The notes under the pieces were generated by a model. It was not told the origin of the DNA, ran no database searches, and saw only the letters and a program-made list of their open reading frames with translations. The translations under genes and the position numbers were made by a program. Source: Adineta vaga (taxonomy: Eukaryota; Animalia; Rotifera). From it: a DNA stretch of 64,000 bases. The stretch's first letter is position 1, and each line of letters opens with the position of its first letter. Shown piece by piece: positions 26,552 through 39,325 of this stretch. The stretch is from NCBI GenBank assembly GCA_021613535.1, contig CP075492.1, positions 7,068,001 to 7,132,000 of the forward strand, in the 5' to 3' direction.

Positions 26552-28464
26552 CTATTCACCACATTTTCGTTTTACGTAGGCGAGGTTTCTCTGCCAGTAT
26601 TGAAGACGAGGATGATTTGGAAGTAATGATCGTTTTCCGATATCAACAGCCTGTTGATGAAATTTACATGCTTCTGGATAACGCTCTAGTTTGCTGTACA
26701 CAGAACCAATTTTACTATACGACTGTGCTAAATCAGGATGATTTGAAGGAAGTAGTTTGTTTTCGATTTCGAGCGCTTTCTCATGTGATTCCAATGCTTT
26801 AGTATAATTATCCATTTTTTCATAGACAGAACCAAGATGATTGTAGGAATATGCTAATTTAATCTTATCTTTTGCAGGTAATTTTTTACGAACTTCAATA
26901 GCTTTTTGATGATATTCTATTGCTTTCGTATAATCCTTCATTTTGTCATAAACCGATCCAATATTACTGTAAGAATATCCTAACCCAACATGATTTGAAG
27001 ATGATGCACTCAATTGAAGTGTCAATCCTCTTTCATAAAAAAGTAACGCCTTCGAATAGTGCTCCATTTTTTCATAAACACCACCAATATCTGTGAAAAA
27101 AACAGCAAATGATGGATGATTTGGAGCTGAATTTTTCTCTTTGATTGCTAATGCTTTTTCATAAAAATCCACCGCTTCTTCATATCTCTTTTGACTTTTT
27201 GTGCTCCATCCAAGTTGCTGATAGCAATGAATTCTCTGATGATCATCATCGGTTTGATCGAGAAGGACTTCATATAATTCTTCTGATTTAGTGAATTGAC
27301 CAAGTTTATTAAGTAATTTACCCAAACGTTCCCATTCATTTGATCCAGCTAAATCCTTACGAATACTTTCTGTTAGATCGTTCAATTGTAAATCATTGTC
27401 ACTAGTTTGGATTAAATCGACTTGCCATAAACGCTCAGTTTTACCACTTTTAATCATGTTTCCAATACGAAAAATAGTATGCATTGAGAAAAGAATTTCA
27501 TCTTCCATTTCATGTTGACTAACTTCTTTAACAGCCGCAAATGGCGCAGATTTTATAGAAGGATCAACTTTTATTACAAAGACGATTCCTATAGAAGCTG
27601 GATTAGCAAGTGAACTACGTGCAAAACCATGAGCGACAGCTGGATCTTTACTAGTAGAAAGAAAATTGTTGAAAGATATAAGACCACCTTGTGTTTGTTC
27701 GAGTTTTTCAAAATCTACTCTAAATAAACCTTGACCTCGATACGTAGTGAATTTTTCTGTCGATGGATTTCTAACAAATTGTTTGTCATGTAATTCAGCT
27801 ATTTGGCCATGAATATCATGAATAAAAAATCCCATGTTAATTAGAGTATCCACTTCCATCATACGTAAAGCACGATTAAGTAACGAATAAAGAAAACATT
27901 CATGTGTATACCACCAAATAGGTGTATGATTTCTATACTGTTTTTCAAATTGATCAATATTTTGTAATTGAACAGCATTATCAAGAAAAAAAAAAAAAAA
28001 AACCTTTTTTTTTTTGACCATATACCTATCCATTGTTTTGAATGTGATTGTTTTTTACAAAAGATATAAATTGAATTGATTTGAATGATATCATGGATAA
28101 ATGGTACGATGTTTTCTGCAATTTCTTCTGATATAATCATAAGAATTTTTTCTTCTTCAAGTTCCGTCATAAAATCGACACATCCATCAACATCGGTAAA
28201 TACACGAGTGGTATGAACAACACGTCCAAATTCGGTAAGTGAATCTTTTAAGTCTTCTGTGTCATCTTCATCAATGTTAGGATCTAGCCAAACAACGATA
28301 AAATTTTGAACGATTCGAGAATTGAGAAATGAATGCGATTTAGTAGTTGTATGTGTATTGTACCCTTTCTTTCCTTTGTTTTTTGAAGAGAAGCTTTTCT
28401 TTTTAGGTATAGACACACCAAGAATCTGGAATATTTTCATCATTTCATCTGTATCGATATCCAT
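26552..28464 (-). pseudogene. Receiver-like domain + R-S-E ADP-ribosyltransferase + TPR protein, disrupted at about 27986-28016
   Basis: IVVWLD..C.DF..IYIFC N-terminal domain; PIWWYT, YRGQG, NNFLSTS and EMEDEILF ART motifs; about 6 TPRs. The N- and C-terminal parts are in different frames across a polyA/polyT tract, which could also be an assembly error. Confidence 0.75.
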
Positions 28465-28975
28465 GTGGTATGCAACTATTACCGTATACAATAACTACAA
28501 CACAAAAAGAAACTATAATGAAAATCAGTCAGACTTTTATTTTCTATTATCGCAACATTTCTATTCTTCGCCGGTTTCACTCGCTGCAACTCATGTAACT
28601 AAAGCGAATGAAAAGAGCAACAACATATATTTCTCAAAGATGGAGAAAAAAGAAGAATCTTTAAAATCATGTTTTAAAATAAAGTGTAGAATTTGTCGAT
28701 GAAATTTTTTTCTTTGTCAACAAACTCTATGAGTGGGTAAAAATCTGTCTGCGTTTTAATTTCATTTTTAGTCTTGCAATTTCACATATTTCTAGAACGT
28801 TGTGTTTAGTCTTGCAATTTCACATACATTAATAATTTTCACCTTATTCTTGCCGAATTTCTGCATTTAGTATGAGAAAATTCGCATGTGTCTTTATAAC
28901 GGTCATTATCATTGTCAAAATAAAAACTTCGTCCTGTGAACATAAGGTGATTTGTGATTTGAAAACAATATGATT

Positions 28976-29023
28976 TGGGTGTGGGTTAAGAGTATAGTCT
29001 GTCCCACACCCACGCCCACACCC
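28976..29023. repeat. Inverted TGTGGG/CCCACA telomere-like repeats
   Basis: tgggtgtggg, 17-nt spacer, cccacacccacgcccacaccc. Confidence 0.6.
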
Positions 29024-29972
29024 TCAACTCACATGCATTAAAATATATGTTATCTGTAACGAAATAATCATGGAAAGAAAAGTATGCGAGAAATTTGTAT
29101 ACAATGGTGCTTTCATTTCAAAAGTAAAAGAATAAATAGTCGTATATATTAGGGCTAGATACTCTACGATAATGCGACACGAAATTGCGGAAATTGTTCA
29201 TCAACTCGTTTTAGTCCGTTTTGTGGCGTGATCGAGTTTATCGCTTGTGTCGCGCCAATCTGATGAGTTCCAGCATTGTAGACGTTGATCGTTACACATG
29301 AGTTCTTTGTTCATGAATAAAAAAGATACAATGATAGTGGCAACGAAACAGAGACTTTTATAGACGAAAATGATACTTTTCAACTATAAAATTAGAAAAA
29401 TAAATATATACTTATCTTCGATAGATTTGCAATATTCAAATTGAAGATGAAATAGCAGTAATGTGTATCGATTTTTTTAAAACTAGAAGAATGTTTTTAA
29501 ATGATTTTCACAACGATTTTTCTGTGCATGTCCACTCGTCGGCATAATGGTGTATTGTGTTACTTGCATCCTCACGATTGCGTCTTTTCTTTATTGTACA
29601 CAGCTTGTATAAAAATGGTCATACATGAGAAAACAAAGGAAGGACATTGTCAGTGTCTGATAAGCAGTTCGCGTAGGTAAAGTATAGCTATGTGATGATA
29701 GTTACAATGACATCATTAAATATTCACCTTTTAATGAATTTCGGCTGGCTTTTTCCGATTTCAGTATGAGTCATACGATAGGAATCAGAGATAGAATACG
29801 CAAAAAGATCAAAGTAGCCCGCATGTCAAGAATAAAAAGGGTTGTTTGCGTGTGCTATCGTTACTTTCTTTTTGTCGAATCAAATGCAAAATAAAGCCTA
29901 ATACATTTATTTTAATTGATCTATATATATAAGTATTATACAAATATTATCTCAAAATTATTTAGTCCGCTT

Positions 29973-31770
29973 ATGAATCCGTTGAAAAGAAAAGTAAATC
30001 ATGTTGGTTTGTCTAAGAAGATGCGAGGTAAGTTTTAAAAAAATGTATGTTAATAATTTCTATTTTTTTTGTCATAAATTTATTAGTATCAAAATGTATT
30101 ACCTGCATCGAAGATCTATTCAATGAACTTTTCTTCGAAATCTTCGATTATCTAGATGGATATTATTTACACTACGCATTTTCCAATCTTAACAAACGCT
30201 TCCAATATATGCTTTCCTCACCATATCTTCGTCTCAAAATTACTATTGCAGTTGATGAAAAATCAACAAATCTAAATGATTATATGCAAATTATTCATCC
30301 AAATAGACATCAACTCACTTCACTTTGTTTATCAAATTCAACAACAATTGACCTCTTTTTACAAACAATGAAATTCGATTCAATGTTTCAACGTCTCGAA
30401 TCCATTGTACTTAATGGTTTAAAAGTTGCTGATCTTTTACCGATTCTTTTGGCACTGATTCCAATTCCACAACTCACACGATCGATATTTACCGTCTCCG
30501 ATAACACTATCAGTGATTTCAGTCACGTATACCGAGTGATTTTTGGTTTGTCTGCATTGAAATATAACAAACTTAGTTTTAAAGGACCATTGCCAACGCT
30601 TCTTTTAAGAAATATCAATAATCAACCTAGTCCGATCAAGCGTTTGAATTTGGATCATGCATGTCAATCCGATGATCTTGCTTATCTCTTGTCTTATACA
30701 CCATATCTTTCTTATCTTAGATGTGCAAGATTAATTCAATCACCGCAGACAATTGAGAAAATAACGATATCCTTACCTTATTTAACACATTTATTTATTG
30801 AAAGGAGTTATTTACGCTTTGATGAACTAGAGAAATTGATCACGAAAATTTCATCTCAATTACGAATATTTAATATAGCGGCATCGAATAATGCAGCTTA
30901 TCTCGATCCAGATCGATGGGAACGATTGATTCTATTACATATGCCACGCTTACATAGTTTTCATTTTATGAATCATCAATCAATGGGTGATAGTTTTGAC
31001 ATAACACCATATCATGAATCTATCCAAGGATTTACTTCGAGATTTTGGATTGAACGACAATGGATATTTCAAGTTCAAATTAATCTCAATTATTTGTCTC
31101 GAACAAATATCTTCTATTCCATTCATCCGAACAAGTATGTGTTGCGAAAAGGTTAATTTCTTTTATCTATTGAATTTGTATTTTTAGACGACAATGTAAT
31201 TCTGATGTTGCTTTGAATAACCCTAACTATACTGAACTATGGGTTCGTGAATCGAGCTTTGCACATTATTGTGCATCAGTTATTGACAATCTTGCTCCTT
31301 TATTTACTCTCGTTCAAATAATAAAAATACATATTATGTCTGACACAGCTTCTTCTCGTATGTTACTCGATCTTTTACGTTATTTACCAAATTTGGGTTA
31401 TCTTCGATTGAAAACATTATCAGTACCAAAACCACGATTCTTACATGCAGAAGAAAATCAAACCTTTCATTCTATATCAACTAGCAACAAAATAGTACAA
31501 GTGAGAATTCAGCAGCTAACTGATTTTGAACAAGTACAATTTCTTATCGATTTATGCCCAATGATGAAATTTCTCACAATTAATAATTCACATGCTATCG
31601 CTTCTATATCACTTGTTCGATTCGTTTTATCAAATAATTCAAAACATATATCTCATTTACGTATGTTATGCTTGGATTCTTCTATAATCAATCAACAAGT
31701 GCTTGAAGATATACAAGATCTAAAATATAGAACTAAACAGCAGAGAAATCAATTGTGGATTTTGTGTTGA
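29973..31770 (+). CDS. F-box-like/LRR-like protein (bdelloid-expanded type), 3 exons
   Basis: IEDLFNELFFEIFDYL...AFSNLNKRF F-box-like start, LxxLxL repeats, YLDPDRWERLI, FWIERQW; introns about 30028-30087 and 31135-31187. Confidence 0.85.
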
Positions 31771-32046
31771 TCATCTTTCGTTTTTCTTCTGATTTTGTTG
31801 TCCATCTAAAGTAAAATATGTTTGTTATATTTTCTGATGCATAGATTCTACTGTGTAATTGCTCAATAACTGAGTGTGAATTGATCTCTCGAATATATCT
31901 TGGTGAACTTAAATTGAATTATAACAAAACTATGAACGATATATACAGAAAAAGCAGTAAAACTCAAAAGGTAATGTCAAGAACGAAAAGTATTTTTATT
32001 ACTATAAACAAACATCTATTGACGAACAAGAGCAAAAGATATGAAA

Positions 32047-33071
32047 TCATCGAGGTTTGATTTGATTGATGATGATTCGATGTCGTGCTACCCAATGAGT
32101 TCGTGGAATTTGAAATAATACATAGATCAATTGACGACGATATCTTTCTGATGTACAAATATATATATAAAATGAATTCTAAAAAGAAAGTCAATTAGAA
32201 CGTTTTTCTTTCTTCACCAAATTGTACTTACCGCATAATAAACATAGTAAAGAATTAAAGTAATATGTGAACTCAGTTGAACTTTTGTCCGATAAAGTGA
32301 ATCACTACTATTGTCAGCATTTAATGAAATAATATTCACAATTGTATATGGTAAAAGTGTGAAAAAATTCACCATTATTTGTACTAAAACCATGATTGTT
32401 ATTTGTTGATCTAATTTTCGACGAGCAATTGGTATCGTAATACATGACAATCGTCGGAGATTATTATATGCCAATAGTCCAAAAACTATCGTGAGAGAAA
32501 AGGGTAAAAAACCAAGAAGAATTAAAACAATAAAATAAGTACGATATTGTAAATAGATTGTATCTGTCATGGTACACGTCGTTTTTTTTGATACTTGATG
32601 ATAGGAAAATATTGAATAGGGAATACCATGTAGAATCCAAATTAAACTGAATAGAAGAAATAGATTTCGAGCTACTTGAATTCGACATAATTGTTGTAAA
32701 CACGGACGTAACGATGTAGCAAAATATTGGTCAACAGTTGCAAGACAAAAACATGTTAATGAAATCATAACACATATATGAGAAAAATATAATCGAAATT
32801 TACAATAAAATAATGATGAGTCTGTTCCATCACTTCCATAAGCATACTGTAAAATACGTGGTAATAAGCCTGTAAATAATTGACCAAGATTAAAAATAGA
32901 CATGATAATCAAATAAAAAACACATGATTTTTGTCGAAATGTGCGAAGGGTAAGAAAAACAATAGTATTAAGTAAACCACCGAAAACGCCTAATGTAAAA
33001 ACTATCAAACCACCATGGACAGCTACATTTTTTATAATTGATTTCAAAAATAAAATATATGCAGACGACAT
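32047..33071 (-). CDS. Orphan class A GPCR, 2 exons
   Basis: 7 hydrophobic segments, GGLLN in TM1, CKFR, DQY (DRY-like); last exon NSFYIYICTSERYRRQL after an intron. Confidence 0.88.
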
Positions 33072-33730
33072 ATCGTAAAATTCTAATCAAACAGACCTTC
33101 TGTCACTTCCTTTTGAATGTAAATAGAAAAATAATGAGAGGATATGAAATTCTTCTAAAGAGAAAGTACGTGTTTAAATATTCGTAAATTTTTCTTTCTT
33201 TTAATAATCAAATATAATTAATTCTACTATCTTTAAACACAATTATCCTGAACATGTTTCTACACTTCAGAAAGTAATTTTATTTGATTATTTAAATTCT
33301 TTCGTACTTATACATACATAGAAGATAAAGAATGATAAAAACTAGGCCAGCAAAGACTTTTTTATTCTAAGAACAATCTAGAACATTTCTAAGATTTCAA
33401 TTGGCTTGTTCTATATACATATTTGACATGGAATAATTCTTCCTAATCAACTAAATGTATAACGTTTATATTTTAATGAGAAACACTCAGTGTTATATGT
33501 TTGACGAGTTTGTTTTTGTAAGTGACACACTTTACATATTTCAGTAATAGAATCTCTGGATGAAACAGAAGAAAAGGAAAGTAAATCATGTTGTTTTTCC
33601 CTTTTGACGAAAAAATCCCCAATACTAAATTCTGGGATTTTTCACTTCTAATCATTATAAAACGGCTAGCGTTTGCACAGATGAAGTTACATTTCAAAAC
33701 ATACTTTTTCCCACGCACTATTATTAATCG

Positions 33731-34176
33731 ATGACGTGTGATCAAATAATTGTATGGCTTGATGAGAATAGCAATGATGTTAACAGCAGCTTGCACACAA
33801 AATTATTCGAAAATCAAGATCAACATGTGAAAACTTTTACTACAGCTGATTCTTGTCTGACATTTCTCGAGAAGAATATTGATAGAAGACTATTTCTTAT
33901 TGTTTCCGGTTCATTTGGCTCTACGATAGTATCATCAATTTATAATTACGAACATATTCATCAGATTTATTTATTTTGTGGATCAATTTCAAATCATGTT
34001 AATTGGGCTTAGATTATACAGATAAATTAATTATGTTTGATCATGAAAATGATTTGATGGAAAGACTTTATCAAGATATTGAACATTATCTAAGACAACA
34101 AGCTGAACAACTTTTCATACGAGCGAATGATTTTAAAGAACGAGCAAAATATTTTGATAATGGACCTTGTGGTTGA
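33731..34176 (+). pseudogene. Stand-alone receiver-like domain protein with a 1-bp frameshift
   Basis: IVWLD...C.TFL...LFLIVSGSFG..IV...IYLFC..H.NWA, then continues in another frame as DYTDKLIMFDHENDLMERL...GPCG*. Confidence 0.7.
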
Positions 34177-34388
34177 TCGTGATTAACACTGTTTATTTTT
34201 TGAAAATAAAACTATCGGTTTAAAAAGTTTTTTGTGATAACAAGTTTTTGTTTTATTGACATAGAAACGACATACTTTGCAGTATAACGAGGAAAGGTTG
34301 ACATACTTAGTTTATTTTCATCTATATCTAATTAATAATACATGTACTTAATATTATCGGTAGATTCGACGTTCAGAAAATCAAATAT

Positions 34389-34390
<2 letters not shown>

Positions 34391-34422
<32 letters not shown>
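34391..34422. repeat. (ATT)n microsatellite
   Basis: About 10 att units. Confidence 0.9.
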
Positions 34423-34805
34423 CTCGACAATATAACATTTTCTCTATATTATCTTGATGCAATTCGATTTGCATAAGAGAATCTCACTACTCAAACATTG
34501 AATATGTGTACATTTAAATAGTTTCTATTTAGATAAATCAACTTATTCGATTTTTCATTAAAAAGTTGTCTTTATTTTTGATTCAAAACAGATTTATATG
34601 AAAAAGAAATGGCACATTGAATAAATTTTAAAATCAAGAACTTATTTAATTGAATGTGACAAATATGAAAATGAGAGAGGATGTGTATCTCTTGTGTACC
34701 TAAAAGCCCGTATCCATATCGATGATCGCAAAAGGGGATTTTTTGTCAGAAAGCTATTTATTCAATAACTAATACGAAGAACAACAATTGTATTTGATAT
34801 TTTCA

Positions 34806-36442
34806 TTAATAACCATAAACATAGTAATCACAATTATGACGTCGACGACGATTATAAATTCTTCCAAAAACAACAGATTGAATCAATGCACAACGAAACC
34901 TTCGATATCTTCTTCGTACCCAGCGTCGCCTTAATCGGATTCTCGGAGGAGAAAAATCCGAAAATGGATCAATAATTGAAACATAATGTGTCGAATCAGA
35001 AAGATCAACTTCATGAGTAAGACAATATCTTAAAGCGATTACACCGATGAATGTGCTAAGAACAAGTAGTCCATCACGTAGTATCACCCCAAAAAATGAC
35101 CATGACCAGTAATAAAAATTAGTCAAATCAAGGTTTTTATTGTCTATTATACCATGCAATTGATCATATAAAAATAATGCAAGAATATGTAGGACAGTTG
35201 ATGCAAAGACCAAGCTACGAAAAAAGAAATGGACCATTTTCCAACCAAAATAACGAAATATAGCAACATAAACAAAGACTAGAATAGTCGATGCTACTTG
35301 ATTTGACCACCATGATAATCTAAAAAAATAAAATGTAGTATTTTATAGAAATTTCATTTAACTACGCTTAGCATATTCACTATAAGAAAACTAATCTATG
35401 ACATTAATTGTGAACCTTTCTACAATATTTATTATTCTTTCAAAAAACCTGTCTTTAGTTATCGAATTCGATATTTCTTACATAGATAAATGATAATATT
35501 AGTTATTTATACAATTAAGTAAGGTTAAACTCACCCTGTTAGATTACTTCGTCAAGTCCATGTGATCAGAACCAGAATACATGGTATAGAAATTATAAAA
35601 TAAAGATATCGATATTTGTCTGTTATACATTTTTGAATGAAATGGATGATGAATTCGATTGATAATGACATAATATGATGAACAATATTTTGCACAAACA
35701 TATATCTACATAGAGGTGACGAGCAATGAAAAGATTGAACTAGTATGTGTATAGTCATTTATGTACGTCGAAGAAGAATGATCAAGAAAAGTTTCAAGTC
35801 ATGAACAGACATATATGATCATAGAGAGAGAGAACCATTATTTGCTTAACAGCAAAAAGAGTAACAACAGCAAAAGATCGGTGTGGTGCTGGAAAAGTAA
35901 TTTGTGATGGAAGTGAAATACCAAATCTCAAAATCCCAGTTAATATGCTTCCTGTCTTGTCATTAGCTGCCCATGTAAAATTAGTTGACAAATACTTTGG
36001 CTGTATACTAAGATGTTTTACTCCATGTTCATCAAAAGCTAAACCAGCAGCATAAAAAAAGACTTACACCCAGGTCGACAGAATCCGAAGTGATTCCGTC
36101 ACCAGGAATTCGACAGGATATTGTCGGATCATCGGATTCCGATAGAATCCGGCATGGGATCCGAGTATCGGATTGGTCGACCTGGGCAGTAACAACTAAA
36201 CTCACAGCATATCCCGTATATAATGTATGATCTAATTGTTCCAATCTGTTCTTTTCCTTTCGATGTTTTTCACATCGTTGTCGAATTTGTTGAAGCAATT
36301 CATTTCTATGGCGACCAGCATGTTCAGCCTTTTCAACTTTCAGTTGCAAATCGGCATTTTTAACTTGTAAAAATTTTACCATTCCGATTAAATCGCTTTT
36401 TGTCATGTCCTTCAATGTTTTTGGTGAAAACCGAGTGGCCAT
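34806..36442 (-). CDS. Hypothetical coiled-coil plus multi-pass membrane protein, multi-exon
   Basis: Exon 1 (coiled coil) splices via intron 36001-36067 in phase 0 into ORF 35794-35991, followed by hydrophobic exons down to 34806; the internal exon structure is only partly resolved. Confidence 0.6.
36069..36186. mobile_element. 118-bp MITE with 11-bp perfect TIRs and CA target duplication
   Basis: cccaggtcgac...gtcgacctggg flanked by ca on both sides; GC-rich interior of atccga/tcggat subrepeats. Confidence 0.9.
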
Positions 36443-39325
36443 ACTCTACTAAATGTAAAAAAATATATGTTCATCAACGAACAAAAAAATTTCTTGATTT
36501 ATTTAAGTATTAAGATAAAATTTGAACGAAAAAAAGACAAAATATTCTATTCGAATTCCCGATCATCTAAGTACATATAGAAAATTGTTTTTTCATCAAA
36601 TTTAGATAGAACAAATTGTTCTACACGATCAAAACTACTCTTATTTCAGTAAAACTGCAGTTGTTCATTTTTAATTTTGAAAAATTGAATTATTTTATAT
36701 AAAAATATGATCAACATGGTAATGAATTCATGATGATGATGATTAATTTTGAACAAATCCTTATTTATTCATATTTGATTTTACTTTCAATTAGAAACTT
36801 TCTTTTAAAATAAAAAAATGTTTAAATTTGATTATTTATTTGAAAAAATAGCTCTCATGTAGCAATTGTCAAATTTATTGAAAAAAATCAAAATATATTA
36901 GAAAAAATTTTATCATGTGAGAAATTTTCCGAAAAAAAATAAGTTAAGGTTATCTATGAATCAGTCGAAAAAGATATCTATTTCTTTATTATGATTTTTA
37001 TTTGGAAATTCATTAGAGAGAAAGAGCTTTTTCTATTGCAACTATCCATATTTCGAGAAGGATTTGAGACATGATCTTACTTTTTTTCGATTGCTAAAGA
37101 TGTATGTTCGTCGAAAAAGCAAGAAATTTGTAAGTGATTTACTTTTCTCTTTTGTTAAAATATATATACTGTACGAAGTACAAAAACAAAAGAAAACTAT
37201 CCACGCGCGTATCTGTAAAGAAATGCATTGAAACGAAAACGATCGATAGAACATTTTAAATGCCGTTCTTTAAGTTATTAAGAAATTATCTTCGCTCTCT
37301 TAATGTTTTTTTACTTGCTTGATCTCGATTCGAGGATGGTCGAATCGAGGAGAGAATATATAAGTGAATTTTCTCTCTCGATGGCATCGAGGTGCCAAGT
37401 CGGTATGAATGATTCATCTTGGTTCATAAATATGATAAACAATTAAATTCCTTCTCTGTACTTTTTAAAATTTATTAAACAAAGATCGCAGTGAATGACT
37501 TAATTAGTTAATCTTATATCTTTCAATTAATAAAATTGATTATTATAATTTGATATAATAAATTCCACCAATATATTTTTGTTTAATAGAAATCAATTTG
37601 ATCTACAAGGATTTTATTAGAAAAATAAAAATTCTTGTCTATTTTATTCACTTTTGAACACAAGATAATAAAATGATTACAATCTGTCGAGAAACAGATA
37701 TTTGAAATAATATTTTTAAAAACCAAATTAAATGAGAAATAAATATGAAAATGAAGAATCTTCTATAATTGCATGCTAATAGAGTATTTGCTTATTTTAT
37801 TTGTTTTTTACATCTTATCATACTATCAAATTATATACAGAGATTGTTGTTGACAATAAAAATAAAGAAAAAGCCATTTGTTTATTCTAGAAAGTTTATC
37901 AATAAAATACGGAATTGGATATTTCAACTACATTAGAATTATTTCGAAAATATTGTTTTCTATAAGATTCTTCTATAAACTAAATACAAATACAAATCAT
38001 ATGAATTAATTGAATAGGAACGACTTTTTCATATTATATTTAATAGCAAATATAATATCATCTTTTTAAAAGTTACAGATAGTATAATAGCTGCAAAACG
38101 GAATCCAAACGATTCTATCGTTTCCAGAAGAAATAAAGATTTTCTGTACAATTTGACAAGTGAATTAGATATGATTGAGAATTAAATTATGCACGTCGTT
38201 GACTATAACAATAATCGAACAGACAATACATGATAACAATATTTGATTTGTATTCATCTACGACGAAATTAAGAATGATGGTAATACATAAACATTCTCT
38301 TCCATAACATTCATTCCTTATTCCTTATCTTTTTCTAATACTTTCTGTTTTTATGAAAGATTCATCAATTGTATTTCAAATACCGAACGGAATTGAGAGG
38401 TTATCAATACTGTCTTACGAAACTGTCGCTACATGGAATCATTTTTTTTATTATATTCGATAATAATGAATTTTCATCACTTCAAACCATACAAAAATAT
38501 CTTTTTCGTTTCTAAAAATATAACAGATAATAGAAATCATTGCTCGTTTTTGTGTCGATGTTTCCGACATTAGAAAATTTGAAACGTATTCGTACGAAAA
38601 AGAACTGAATAATGGTAAGTACAACCGATCATATGTTGATTGAGACTTCAAAATAAATAGTACCTATTTTCGTCCTCAAGATATTCACAAACTAGTTCAA
38701 GGGTGTGATTTTGTCCAAAAAAATAGAAATTTATAACAAAATTCTTCAACAAATTTCATTGAAATGATATCATGTTTATATTCAATGTAGAAGAAAAATA
38801 CATACAAAATTACGTCAATTGCAATGCTATCAGGTAGATATGAAATCAGGATCAGACCTTAATCTACATCAATCAATCGTCAACATCAAACGATTTATCG
38901 AGAGAAGAGACAATTTAGTATAATTGTTCGTTTGTAAAATTTAGTCCTATGCGTCAATATGGTCAAAATTCTCGATATTTTCCGATGAAAGTCTAAGCAG
39001 TCTTATTTGGAAGTTCTACAATATAATTCAAAATAATAAAACGACTTTTACATGCTATATTGACGAAGGACATTGTTGGCAATTAGGAACCAAATAATGT
39101 AACGAGAATAGAGTTCTAATGAAAGCAAGAATCTTATGATCCTGCATATGTTGGATACGATGATGTATTATATCAATATTTTCTCCTTATTAAAACATCA
39201 CAATTATATTTCTAACGAAGTTATATAGAAAGTTAAAATTTCATACTTGGTTATTATCAGAAGTTACTTGTTATACATGAGATATATACTTTTCAAGATG
39301 ATTGTTAACATATATTCATGATCTA

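Noticed and set aside
36039-36067. Possible 29-nt intron ending the 36442 gene as LLMNME*
   Set aside because: A 67-nt intron to the AG at 36001 fits the local size norm and keeps the frame with the next exon.
37900-39200. Coding-like fragments (for example ...YDPAYVGYDD...) suggesting an old pseudogene
   Set aside because: Too many stops and no recognisable motif; cannot be supported without a search.
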